From the NCBI GenBank assembly GCA_034086705.1, contig JAXDZV010000030.1:82933-146932 (forward strand): a DNA stretch of 64,000 bases, in the 5' to 3' direction. Positions 8,577 to 17,718 of the stretch are shown in pieces; the stretch's first letter is position 1, and each line of letters begins with the position of its first letter. Made by a program: the position numbers and the translations under genes. The DNA is from Eubacteriales bacterium. Lineage in GTDB: Bacteria; Bacillota; Clostridia; Oscillospirales; CAG-272. The notes under the pieces are model-generated. The model was not told the DNA's origin, made no database searches, and saw only the letters and a list, made by a program, of their open reading frames with translations.

Positions 8577-9271
8577 TTTCAACACAAAAACGTATCAGTC
8601 TTTTTTGCGGACATTACGGAAGCGGCAAAACCAACATCGCCATCAACTATGCATGTATGTTACGTGCAGCAGGGCTTGCGGTCAGCGTAGCAGATATGGA
8701 TATTGTCAATCCCTACTTCCGCACGAGCGATAGCCGTGAAATGCTCCAACGCGCCGGAATTGGGCTAGTCTGCTCCCCATATGCAGGATCAAATGTTGAT
8801 CTTGCTGCGCTTCCAAAAGAGCTATATGATTTGGTGCGTTGCCGTGACGTATATGCCGTGATGGACGTGGGCGGAGACGAACGCGGTGCGCTGGCATTGG
8901 GTCGTTATGTTCCGGAAATATTGGAAGAAGATAATTATGCAATGTACTTTGTTGTCAATTTTGCGCGCCCTTTAACACGCACCGCAGACCAGGCCTTCGA
9001 TATTCTGCGTGAAATTGAGCAAGCTGCGGGTATGCGCTGTACCGCGATTGTGCATAATACCAATCTTGCCACGCAAACTACGCCACAGACCTTGCTGCAC
9101 TACATCGATGCACTGCAACAGCTGCGCCAAAAAAGCGGCCTTCCTGTTGCCTTTTGGTCAGCTGAGCACACATTAATACCGGCCTTGGCCGATGCACTTG
9201 CGGCACATACGGACAAAGCATTATACCACGAGCTTTTTCCCCTGCATTTGCAGGCAAAAATAACGGATTGA
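8573..9271 (+). CDS. P-loop NTPase of unknown role (MinD/ParA/CooC-like size, Walker A GHYGSGKT)
   Basis: 232 aa, with an ATGA overlap onto the stop of the upstream synthetase. The Walker A motif sits near the N-terminus, and DMDIVNPYF and VMDVGGDERG are Walker B/switch-like segments. Confidence 0.7.
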   Translation: MISTQKRISLFCGHYGSGKTNIAINYACMLRAAGLAVSVADMDIVNPYFRTSDSREMLQRAGIGLVCSPYAGSNVDLAALPKELYDLVRCRDVYAVMDVGGDERGALALGRYVPEILEEDNYAMYFVVNFARPLTRTADQAFDILREIEQAAGMRCTAIVHNTNLATQTTPQTLLHYIDALQQLRQKSGLPVAFWSAEHTLIPALADALAAHTDKALYHELFPLHLQAKITD

Positions 9272-9285
9272 AAGGACGAAAAACC

Positions 9286-9492
9286 ATGGCAAAACTAACA
9301 TTTGACACCGAGCGATGCAAGGGCTGCGGGCTATGCATTCACGCCTGTCCAAAACACCTACTCGCCTTGGAAAAGAAGCACATCAACAAAAAAGGACACA
9401 CTCCCGTCTGCATGACAGATGTAACACAGTGCATTGGCTGTGCTTTCTGTGCCATTATGTGTCCCGATTGCGTCATTACCGTGGAAAAATAA
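9286..9492 (+). CDS. 2x[4Fe-4S] ferredoxin-type delta subunit of 2-oxoacid:ferredoxin oxidoreductase
   Basis: Two CxxCxxCxxxCP motifs (CKGCGLCIHACP, CIGCAFCAIMCP). Start placed at the ATG at 9286, downstream of AAAGGA; the ORF track begins at a TTG at 9268. Confidence 0.85.
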   Translation: MAKLTFDTERCKGCGLCIHACPKHLLALEKKHINKKGHTPVCMTDVTQCIGCAFCAIMCPDCVITVEK

Positions 9493-9504
9493 GGAGGGTA
9501 GAAG

Positions 9505-10584
9505 ATGAGCGAAAAAGTATTGATGAAAGGAAACGAAGCCATTGCAGAAGCTGCTATTATGGCAGGCTGCCGCCATTACTTCGGGTATCCAATTACACCA
9601 CAAACTGAAATCGCCGCATATATGGCAAAACGTATGCCGCAGATCGGCGGGTGTTTTTTACAAGCAGAGAGCGAAATTGCAGCTATCAACATGGTATACG
9701 GCGTTTCCTCAGCGGGGTATCGCGTTATGACCTCTTCTTCCAGCCCTGGGATTGCATTGAAAAGCGAAGGCCTATCCTATCTGGCCGGTGCTGACCTGCC
9801 AGCACTGGTGGTCAATGTACAGCGCGGCGGACCGGGCCTTGGAGGAATTCAGCCCTCGCAATCAGATTATTTTCAGGCAACCAAAGCCGGCGGACACGGT
9901 GATTTTCGAATGATCGTACTTGCTCCTGCTTCCGTTCAGGAAATGGCGAATTTAACTTTGTGCGGCTTTGCACTGGCAGATCAATATCGTATGACAGCAA
10001 TGATTCTCGCCGATGGTACAATGGGCCAAATGATGGAGCCGGTGAGCTTCGAGCAACCCCCTCTGCAGGAAGTGGAAAAACCCTGGGCAGTCCGTGGTAC
10101 TGAAAATATGCGTCCGCATAATATCATCAATTCTCTGTATCTGGTGCCGGAAGAGCTGGAACGAAAAAATGTGGAACGCTTTGCGCGCTATGCGGAAATT
10201 GAAAAGAAGGAAGCTCGCTGTGAAGAATACCACGTAGAAGACGCAGACATCATCGTCGTTGGGTTCGGCATTGCCGCACGTGTTGCCAAAAGCGCCGTAG
10301 ACGCGGCGCGGGCTCAGGGAATCCGCGTTGGGTTGATTCGCCCGATCACGCTTTGGCCATTTCCCAAAGAGGCGCTGTACCGTGCCGCTACACACGCTAA
10401 ACGTTTCATTTCAGTTGAGCTTTCTATGGGACAAATGGTGGAAGATATTTCACTTGCTATTCACTGCAAGGCGCCCGTGGACCTTTGCTTCCGTACGGGG
10501 GGGATGATTCCGTCTCCTGAGCAAGTTCTCAACGCCATTACAGATGCAAAAACAAAAATTGACACAGAAAGGACGCCTTGCTGA
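9505..10584 (+). CDS. vorB: 2-oxoacid:ferredoxin oxidoreductase alpha subunit (VorB-like, 3-methyl-2-oxobutanoate type)
   Basis: 359 aa. The N-terminus MKGNEAIAEAAIMAGCRHYFGYPITPQTEI is typical of the short POR/VOR/KOR alpha subunits, and the gene sits in a four-subunit operon. Confidence 0.85.
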   Translation: MSEKVLMKGNEAIAEAAIMAGCRHYFGYPITPQTEIAAYMAKRMPQIGGCFLQAESEIAAINMVYGVSSAGYRVMTSSSSPGIALKSEGLSYLAGADLPALVVNVQRGGPGLGGIQPSQSDYFQATKAGGHGDFRMIVLAPASVQEMANLTLCGFALADQYRMTAMILADGTMGQMMEPVSFEQPPLQEVEKPWAVRGTENMRPHNIINSLYLVPEELERKNVERFARYAEIEKKEARCEEYHVEDADIIVVGFGIAARVAKSAVDAARAQGIRVGLIRPITLWPFPKEALYRAATHAKRFISVELSMGQMVEDISLAIHCKAPVDLCFRTGGMIPSPEQVLNAITDAKTKIDTERTPC

Positions 10585-10600
10585 AGGCCGGAACATATGT

Positions 10601-11350
10601 ATGATCGTATTTGAAAAACCGAAGGTGTTAACCGACAAGCCGCTGCATTATTGCCCCGGCTGTACACATGGAATTGTTCATCGTCTGGTTGCGCAGGCGA
10701 TTGAAGAGCTTTCCATCGAAGGAAAAACAATTGGCGTTGTGCCGGTTGGCTGTTCTGTTATGGCATATGACTATTTCAAAACCGATATGGTAGAGGCCTC
10801 GCATGGGCGGGCGCCTGCCGTTGCAACCGGTCTGCGCCGTGCGTTACCCGACCGTGTGATTTTTACATACCAAGGCGACGGCGATCTCGCCTCCATCGGC
10901 ACTGCAGAAACAGTACATGCCGCCGCACGCAATGAGAATATCACCGTTATTTTTATTAATAACGCCATCTACGGTATGACAGGCGGCCAAATGGCTCCGA
11001 CTTCCCTTCCCGGCCAGGTAACGCAAACTTCCCCCTATGGCAGAGATGTCAAACAATGTGGTTATCCTGTGAAAATCTGCGAAATGCTGGCGCAACTGGA
11101 GGGCCCGGCTTATCTGGAGCGTGTTGCCGTTAACAACGTCAAACACGTGTTGGCAGCAAAAAAAGCGATTCGCCGTGCATTTGAAAACCAACTTGCAGGT
11201 AAAGGCTTTTCGCTGATCGAAGTGCTTTCCTCCTGCCCCACGAACTGGGGAATGACACCGGAAAAAGCCTTGGACTGGATAGAAGAAAAAATGATTCCGT
11301 ATTATCCGCTCGGCGTGTTTAAGGACAGAGACAAGGAGGCAGTTCAATGA
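10601..11350 (+). CDS. 2-oxoacid:ferredoxin oxidoreductase beta subunit (TPP-binding)
   Basis: HYCPGCTHG cluster-ligand motif and TPP motif GDGDLASIG...NNAIYGMTGGQ. Start trimmed to the ATG at 10601, after the alpha-subunit stop at 10584. Confidence 0.85.
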   Translation: MIVFEKPKVLTDKPLHYCPGCTHGIVHRLVAQAIEELSIEGKTIGVVPVGCSVMAYDYFKTDMVEASHGRAPAVATGLRRALPDRVIFTYQGDGDLASIGTAETVHAAARNENITVIFINNAIYGMTGGQMAPTSLPGQVTQTSPYGRDVKQCGYPVKICEMLAQLEGPAYLERVAVNNVKHVLAAKKAIRRAFENQLAGKGFSLIEVLSSCPTNWGMTPEKALDWIEEKMIPYYPLGVFKDRDKEAVQ

Positions 11351-11886
11351 GCACTACCAAGATTCTGATTGCCGGATTCGGTGGGCAAGGCGTACTGTTT
11401 GCCGGCAAATATCTCGCATATCAGGGATTGCTGGAAGGCAGACAGCTTTCCTGGCTCCCTTCATACGGGCCCGAAATGCGCGGCGGAACTGCAAATTGCA
11501 GTGTCATTCTTTCTGACGAACCAGTCGGCTCACCGATTGTCACAGAACCGGACGTTCTGATCGTCATGAACCTCCCCTCCTATGATAAATATGAAAGCAG
11601 TGTAGTTTCCGGCGGCCTTATCCTGCTGGACAGCTCGTTGATTGACCGACCCACCGCGCGTTCTGATGTGCGCACCGTCCGTGTACCAGCCACAGCAATG
11701 GCCCGCGAACAGGGCATTCCAACACTTGCCAATATGATCTTGCTCGGCCAGTTTTTTGCTTGCAGCGGCGCCGCTGATTTTGCCAATACCGATGCGGTAT
11801 TGAAAAAAGTAATCTCACAAAAACATATGGATCTCTTTGCGCTGAATCGCAAAGCGCTGGAGCTCGGATATCATTATCAGGCGTAA
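11347..11886 (+). CDS. 2-oxoacid:ferredoxin oxidoreductase gamma subunit
   Basis: 179 aa with an ATGA overlap onto the beta subunit. [14 protein letters not shown] is the typical gamma-subunit N-terminus. Confidence 0.85.
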   Translation: MSTTKILIAGFGGQGVLFAGKYLAYQGLLEGRQLSWLPSYGPEMRGGTANCSVILSDEPVGSPIVTEPDVLIVMNLPSYDKYESSVVSGGLILLDSSLIDRPTARSDVRTVRVPATAMAREQGIPTLANMILLGQFFACSGAADFANTDAVLKKVISQKHMDLFALNRKALELGYHYQA

Positions 11887-11899
11887 AGGAGAAAACGAC

Positions 11900-12976
11900 A
11901 TGGAAATTCGCTATATTGCCCCCACAGAGCTTCGTGCGCATCCGGATGAAAGTGCGCTTGGCTTCGGCAAATATTTTACCGACCATATGCTCACCGTAGA
12001 GTATGATCGAGAAAATGGTTGGCACGACGCCTGCATTGCGCCATTCGGTCCAATCGCACTGCATCCGGCCTCAACCGTTCTGCATTACGGCTCTGAAGTT
12101 TTTGAAGGGTTGAAAGCTTATCGCGCGGCAGACGGTTCTGTCCGCCTATTTCGCCCCATTGAAAATGTACGACGCATGAACCAATCAGCAGAGCGCTTGG
12201 GGCTGCCACAAATGGACGAACAGGAAATGCTCTCTCTCATCCTTGAGATTGTTCGCAAAGATGAAGATTGGGTACCGCATTTACCAGGTACCTCCCTGTA
12301 CATCCGCCCGTTTTTATTTGGGAATGATGCAAATCTTGGTGTCCATTCCATTCATCGTGCCACCTTTGTCATCATTCTCTCACCGGTCGGCGCCTACTAT
12401 GCAGAGGGGATCAATCCTGTGAAAATCCGCATTGAAACAGAAGATGTCCGTGCCGTGCGCGGCGGCACCGGCTATGCAAAGTGCGGAGGAAACTATGCTG
12501 CTTCCGTGCGCGCCGGAGAAAAAGCAGAAAAAGAGGGCTTTACCCAGGTATTATGGCTGGACGGCGTTCATCGCAAGTATATTGAAGAGGTGGGCGCAAT
12601 GAACGTTATGTTTAAAATCAACGGCACCATCATCACCCCGCAGCTCACCGGATCCGTTTTGCCCGGAATCACACGAAAATCCTGTATTACGCTGTTGCAC
12701 GATTGGGGGTATTCCGTCGAAGAACGACTGCTCAGCGCCGAAGAGTTGTTTGCTGCAGCGGAAAGCGGTGCTTTGGAAGAAGCATTCGGCACTGGGACGG
12801 CTGCCGTTGTCTCTCCCATCGGTCTTTTGCGCATGAATGAACGCTCATTCACCGTCAACCACGGCAAAATTGGGCCGCTAACGCAGCGTTTATATGACAC
12901 TCTGACAGGAATCCAATGGGGTACATGCCCCGATCCGCACAATTGGATCTGCCCGCTGCGGAATACACAAGCATAA
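11900..12976 (+). CDS. ilvE: branched-chain amino acid aminotransferase (fold type IV, long form)
   Basis: 358 aa with FGKYFTDHM, YGSEVFEGLKAY, LYIRPF and GGTGYAKCGGNYAAS, which are characteristic of BCAT. Confidence 0.9.
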   Translation: MEIRYIAPTELRAHPDESALGFGKYFTDHMLTVEYDRENGWHDACIAPFGPIALHPASTVLHYGSEVFEGLKAYRAADGSVRLFRPIENVRRMNQSAERLGLPQMDEQEMLSLILEIVRKDEDWVPHLPGTSLYIRPFLFGNDANLGVHSIHRATFVIILSPVGAYYAEGINPVKIRIETEDVRAVRGGTGYAKCGGNYAASVRAGEKAEKEGFTQVLWLDGVHRKYIEEVGAMNVMFKINGTIITPQLTGSVLPGITRKSCITLLHDWGYSVEERLLSAEELFAAAESGALEEAFGTGTAAVVSPIGLLRMNERSFTVNHGKIGPLTQRLYDTLTGIQWGTCPDPHNWICPLRNTQA

Positions 12977-13121
12977 TCATTCTTCGCAAAATGGGTGATA
13001 AATAAGCAAGGCGATCTTTTTGCTTTGCGTCTTTCCCTTCACACCTTGCCCATAGCATGCTCCAACACCACATGCCAAAATTTTCAATATGCATCCTGTA
13101 TTTTCCTTTATATTACAAAGG

Positions 13122-13160
13122 GCAGGCCGATCTGCTATTAAGCAGACCGGCCTGTCTTTT
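13122..13160 (+). terminator. intrinsic terminator at the end of the ilvE operon
   Basis: GCAGGCCGATCTGC ... GCAGACCGGCCTG hairpin (one A/C mismatch) followed by TCTTTTGCTG, between convergent gene ends. Confidence 0.55.
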
Positions 13161-13199
13161 GCTGCTACATTATTTTCCTTTTTCAAAGGAATGTTGCAC

Positions 13200-15503
13200 T
13201 CAGGAGTCACTCTGCGTTTCTGCACGGAGGTGCTCCAGCATTTCTTTTGCATCTACAAGCAGCTCCCTTGCCGCCTCCGCTGATGCCGCATCCGCAATTA
13301 AACGCAGCGCAGCCCGCCGCTCCGGTCGCAACAGAACCCAACCGCTGTCCCGACGAATCCGCAATACATCCGGTATATGCCATACTTCGTCTGGATGTGA
13401 GGGGGTGTGCAATTTTCCAAGTGCCCGCATCAAAGCAGCCTTTTCTGCCACAGGCATCAAAACAGTCATACGTCGTCTGACATGCTGCGGCTGTGCCGCA
13501 CATAGCGCAGACAGCGAAGTGCCTGTCTGTGAAAGGAGTGTCACCAGTGTCGCAGCCCCAAAAATCGGGTTGGAAATCGGTAAAACAGATGCATATAATT
13601 TGCGCGCTGCAATCGACGGATCATCCGGCCCCGGACAATGCGTAAATCGCTCAACAGTAAATCCCGCCTCTTCTCCCAACGACTCGAAAAAAGCAGGCGC
13701 TGCCGCAGGCAGCCCGACACGTGTTAGCTGCCATGTTCCAGCACAATAACGCAGCAGCGTACCGGCAATTGCCCATGTGTCAAACTCTTTTCCGTTTTCA
13801 AACGCGATCAACTCTCCCCATTCGTTCAAGCACAGTTGCAAAGCGGCTTCCCGATGCGGTAGCTTTCCGTATGCCGCAAAATAGGGGCCAAGTATGGCTT
13901 TGGCTGCAACACCGGCAAAGCAGAACGGATACGTTTGTGTGGTTGTACTGAAAAAAGGCAATAGAGCACGCCGCAGCAAATATCGCACATCTGTCGATGG
14001 CAAAACCGTACACGGCTCTGCAACACTGCCCCCTTGCGAGAGCCCTTGCTCTAAAAGGCGCTCCGTTGCGCGCACAGGGTACAATCCGTTTTCATCTAAG
14101 AGTACCGCTGTACAGCGTCTGCCGTCAAACCGGATAAACAAAGTCAACGCACAGCCGTAATGCAATGCAGCAAACGAGCTTTCCGGGCGTGAGAGCACAC
14201 CGAAATCAACCGTTTTACCGCCGGCAGCCGCACATGCGGCTGCTGCCAACGACACAGTCGCTGCGCTGACAGCATGCCCGTCACTGCTGAAGCCCACCGG
14301 CCCGGGCAATCCTGCCGCTGCAAACGCAAGCGCCGCTCCGAATCGCGCACAAAACACCGTATCCGGCTTTTCCTGCGCAAAGAGTTCTATCTCACTGTGG
14401 GAAAATCGATCCTGCACAACACGAAACCCGTCAAATACCGCGTCTGTTTCTTCCTGTGTTGCAGCCGGGGCAGACATTGTCTGCGCGGCACATGTTGTCC
14501 CCGCAGGTAAGTGCAGCCCTCGCTGCAGACAAATCCCGGGGGCAACCGTCACACCGCTGCCAAGCACGCATCCGGGCGTCACAAAGGCACGTGCACCGAT
14601 CCAAGCTCCCTGCGCAATCATAGCACCCTCAACATGCGCATGCGCACCAACTGTAACACTATCCAGCAAAATACTTTGCTGCAACTGTGCCGTTGGATCC
14701 AGGCGGCAACCGTCTGAAATAATACAACCATGTTGTAAGACACCCTCCCGCGGCTGAATCCCCTCAATCTCGCCACGTGCCAGCTGAAAATTGCAGGCAA
14801 AATACGCATCCAATGTTCCGATATCACACCAGTACCCGCGCATCTCTTCGCCACGTAGCAAAATACCGTCTCGCAATGCCGCAGGAAAAATATCTTTACC
14901 AAAATCACTCGGTCTGTCTTGCGGAATGCGCGCAATAAACCGTGGTGTGAGCAAATACATACCGGTGTTGACCGTATCCGGTGCTGCACTGAAGGCGCTC
15001 GGCTTTTCGGCAAAAGCACGTATACTGCCATCCGGTGCACACAGAACAACACCAAGCGAACTGACGTCTGCTGTGTGGCTTAGGAGCAAGGTTGCCTCTG
15101 CTCCCCCCGCGCGATGCCGCGCCAATGCCGCAGAAAGGTCAAAATTGCACAGCGCGTCTGCACTGATAACCAAAACTTCCCGCTGCGAAAAATCACCTAC
15201 CGACATTAACGCCGCACGCACACCGCCTGCTGTCCCCAGAGGTGTCTGCTCGACAGCATACCGTAGACGGATCCCCTCTGCCTGCTCCCCATAATACTGA
15301 CGAATTTGCTCCGCACGATAACATAAACTGACAATCGCCTCCGTGTATCCATGCCGGGCGAGCAACCTTAAAACATGCGTCATCGCCGGCTCTGCAGCAA
15401 TTGGCACCAAAGGCTTTGGAAGTGTATCTGTCAATGGGCGAAGCCGCCTGCCTTCTCCTCCCGCCATGATGATCGGAATCGGGCGATTTATTGTTTCGTT
15501 CAT
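13200..15503 (-). CDS. sugar-phosphate nucleotidyltransferase (NTP-transferase + left-handed beta-helix) with a long PGM/PMM-like C-terminal region
   Basis: IIMAGGEGRRLRPLTDTLPKPLVPI is the nucleotidyltransferase signature and is followed by hexapeptide-like repeats. The C-terminal ~400 aa resembles a phosphohexomutase scaffold, but I see no SHNP-type active-site loop. Start set at the ATG at 15503 (AAAGGAA about 11 nt upstream); the ORF track starts at 15542. Confidence 0.6.
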   Translation of the reverse strand: MNETINRPIPIIMAGGEGRRLRPLTDTLPKPLVPIAAEPAMTHVLRLLARHGYTEAIVSLCYRAEQIRQYYGEQAEGIRLRYAVEQTPLGTAGGVRAALMSVGDFSQREVLVISADALCNFDLSAALARHRAGGAEATLLLSHTADVSSLGVVLCAPDGSIRAFAEKPSAFSAAPDTVNTGMYLLTPRFIARIPQDRPSDFGKDIFPAALRDGILLRGEEMRGYWCDIGTLDAYFACNFQLARGEIEGIQPREGVLQHGCIISDGCRLDPTAQLQQSILLDSVTVGAHAHVEGAMIAQGAWIGARAFVTPGCVLGSGVTVAPGICLQRGLHLPAGTTCAAQTMSAPAATQEETDAVFDGFRVVQDRFSHSEIELFAQEKPDTVFCARFGAALAFAAAGLPGPVGFSSDGHAVSAATVSLAAAACAAAGGKTVDFGVLSRPESSFAALHYGCALTLFIRFDGRRCTAVLLDENGLYPVRATERLLEQGLSQGGSVAEPCTVLPSTDVRYLLRRALLPFFSTTTQTYPFCFAGVAAKAILGPYFAAYGKLPHREAALQLCLNEWGELIAFENGKEFDTWAIAGTLLRYCAGTWQLTRVGLPAAAPAFFESLGEEAGFTVERFTHCPGPDDPSIAARKLYASVLPISNPIFGAATLVTLLSQTGTSLSALCAAQPQHVRRRMTVLMPVAEKAALMRALGKLHTPSHPDEVWHIPDVLRIRRDSGWVLLRPERRAALRLIADAASAEAARELLVDAKEMLEHLRAETQSDS

Positions 15504-15806
15504 AAAAATCATATTCCTTTCTGCATGCGCGTATGGGGCCATGTTCGGCTGTTCGCACAGGTCCTATGCGCTTGCGTGCAGCATTCTGAACCTACTTGCC
15601 ATAAATGCAGCAGGTGGAGCTTTTTTCAAATATAAAAAATGCTCCGAAAACAGTTTTTGCCGCCGTATTTCAGAATATACGCTCCAAAATTCTCAAAAAA
15701 TTCACATCTATTTGTAAGAAACTATTCCATTTTTCAAGTATCCGTGGTAAAATAAAATGTTGTTGTATGAATTGATAATAATTTTGACAGGAGTTGCCCA
15801 AAAGCT

Positions 15807-17627
15807 ATGATCAGAAAAGATTTGCGGAATGTTGCAATTATCGCCCACGTCGACCATGGGAAAACCACTTTGGTAGATGAAATGCTCAAGCAGGGCGGTA
15901 TTTACCGAGAAAATCAAGCCACCGAAGAACGTGTTATGGACAGTAACGCACTGGAGCGTGAAAGAGGCATCACCATTTTGGCAAAAAATACTGCTGTCCA
16001 CTATAAAAACACAAAAATCAATATAGTTGATACACCCGGACATGCCGATTTCGGCGGCGAAGTTGAACGTATTTTAAAAATGGTCAACGGCGTTATTTTG
16101 CTGGTGGATGCAGCCGAAGGCCCCATGCCACAAACCCGCTTTGTGCTGCAAAAGGCCCTGGAACTGCAGCATCCCGTTATCGTTGTTGTCAATAAAATTG
16201 ACAGACCGGATGCCCGCTTGGATGAAGTAGGCGATGAAATTCTAGAATTGCTGTTGGAGCTCGATGCAACAGACGAGCAGTTGGACAGCCCTATGCTTTG
16301 GTGCTCCGGTAGAGCCGGCACTGCATCGTACTCTCCCTATGAAGCCGGAACAGACCTCACGCCGTTGTTTGACACCATTTTAAAACACATTCCCGCCCCT
16401 TGCGGTGATGAAACAGCCCCGTTACAAATGCTTGTTTCCTCCATTGACTATAACGACTATGTTGGGCGCATCGGCATCGGCAGAATCGACCGTGGTGTAC
16501 TACAGCAAAATGCCGATGTCGTCATTACAAACTACCACAACCCGCAAACCGTTCGGCGCACAAAGGTCGTCAGTCTGTATCAAATCGACGGGCTTAAGCG
16601 CGTTCCTGTGGAAAACGCTATGGTGGGAGATATTGTTTGCTTTTCCGGCTGTGAGGACATTACGATCGGAGATACTCTTTGCGCTCCGGAAAAACCGGAT
16701 CCACTGGAATTTGTCAAAGTGAGCGAACCAACATTAGAGATGACATTCTCTGTCAATGATAGCCCTTTTGCAGGTCGAGAAGGAAAGTTTGTCACGTCTC
16801 GGCAACTGCGTGATCGCCTGTACCGCGAGCTGTTGAAAGATGTCTCTCTGCGCGTCAGCGATGGAGACACTACAGACAGCTTCAAGGTATGCGGCAGAGG
16901 CGAAATGCACTTGTCAATTTTGATAGAAACGATGCGCCGCGAAGGCTATGAAATGGCGGTCAGCACACCACGCGTGATAATGAAACAAATCGACGGCGCT
17001 ACCTGCGAGCCGATGGAGCATGTATACATCGATGTACCGGAAGAATCTGTGGGCGCCGTGATGGAAAAAATGGGGGCACGCAAAGGAGAACTGCTCGAAA
17101 TGGGCCTACACGGTTCTCGCATGCGTATCGAATATTCCATACCGGCTCGTTGCTTGTTCGGATATCGCAGCGAATTTTTAACGGATACAAAAGGCGAGGG
17201 AATTCTGAATTCCGTATTCGATGGCTATCAGCCCTTTAAAGGTGAGATCGCGCGCCGCTATACCGGTTCTTTGATTGCCTCCGAAACCGGTGAATCTACC
17301 TCCTACGGTGTTTTCAACGCGCAGGACCGCGGCAGCATGTTTATCTCAAACCAATGCCCTGTATATGAGGGAATGATCGTTGGGGAATGCCCTAAGATGG
17401 TGGACATTGCCGTGAATGTGTGCAAACAAAAGCATTTAACCGCCATTCGGTCCTCCGGTGCTGATGAAGCACTTCGTTTGGTTACACCGAAAACCCTATC
17501 CTTGGAAGAAGCCATTGAATTCATTGCAGACGACGAGCTGATTGAAGTTACGCCGAAAAATATCCGCTTACGTAAGCGCATTCTCAATACCGCATTACGT
17601 CTCAAAGCACAAAATAAAAAAGCGTAA
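15807..17627 (+). CDS. typA: translational GTPase TypA/BipA
   Basis: 606 aa with AIIAHVDHGKTTLVD, DTPGHADFGGEVER and NKIDR G-motifs, and EF-G-like domains. Confidence 0.95.
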   Translation: MIRKDLRNVAIIAHVDHGKTTLVDEMLKQGGIYRENQATEERVMDSNALERERGITILAKNTAVHYKNTKINIVDTPGHADFGGEVERILKMVNGVILLVDAAEGPMPQTRFVLQKALELQHPVIVVVNKIDRPDARLDEVGDEILELLLELDATDEQLDSPMLWCSGRAGTASYSPYEAGTDLTPLFDTILKHIPAPCGDETAPLQMLVSSIDYNDYVGRIGIGRIDRGVLQQNADVVITNYHNPQTVRRTKVVSLYQIDGLKRVPVENAMVGDIVCFSGCEDITIGDTLCAPEKPDPLEFVKVSEPTLEMTFSVNDSPFAGREGKFVTSRQLRDRLYRELLKDVSLRVSDGDTTDSFKVCGRGEMHLSILIETMRREGYEMAVSTPRVIMKQIDGATCEPMEHVYIDVPEESVGAVMEKMGARKGELLEMGLHGSRMRIEYSIPARCLFGYRSEFLTDTKGEGILNSVFDGYQPFKGEIARRYTGSLIASETGESTSYGVFNAQDRGSMFISNQCPVYEGMIVGECPKMVDIAVNVCKQKHLTAIRSSGADEALRLVTPKTLSLEEAIEFIADDELIEVTPKNIRLRKRILNTALRLKAQNKKA

Positions 17628-17683
17628 GAGAATCATATTTGTCAGTTGCGTGACGGTATGCCTGTTTTTTCACAGCAAAAGGC

Positions 17684-17712
17684 TTGACAAAAAAAGCGTG
17701 CTCTGCTACAAT
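17684..17712 (+). promoter_or_regulatory. sigma-70-type promoter of T-box unit 3
   Basis: TTGACA at 17684-17689, a 17-nt spacer, then TACAAT at 17707-17712. Confidence 0.6.
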
Positions 17713-17718
17713 GTATGC

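Noticed and set aside
9268-12976. Reading the OFOR + IlvE operon as a Stickland-type oxidative BCAA degradation module that produces branched-chain fatty acids.
   Set aside because: This reading is not fully excluded. I disfavour it because the operon is behind T-box attenuators, which respond to amino acid starvation. It is also paired with AMP-forming synthetases (acid activation) rather than phosphotransacylase/kinase or CoA-transferase genes. I keep it as the explicit alternative in the refutation criteria.
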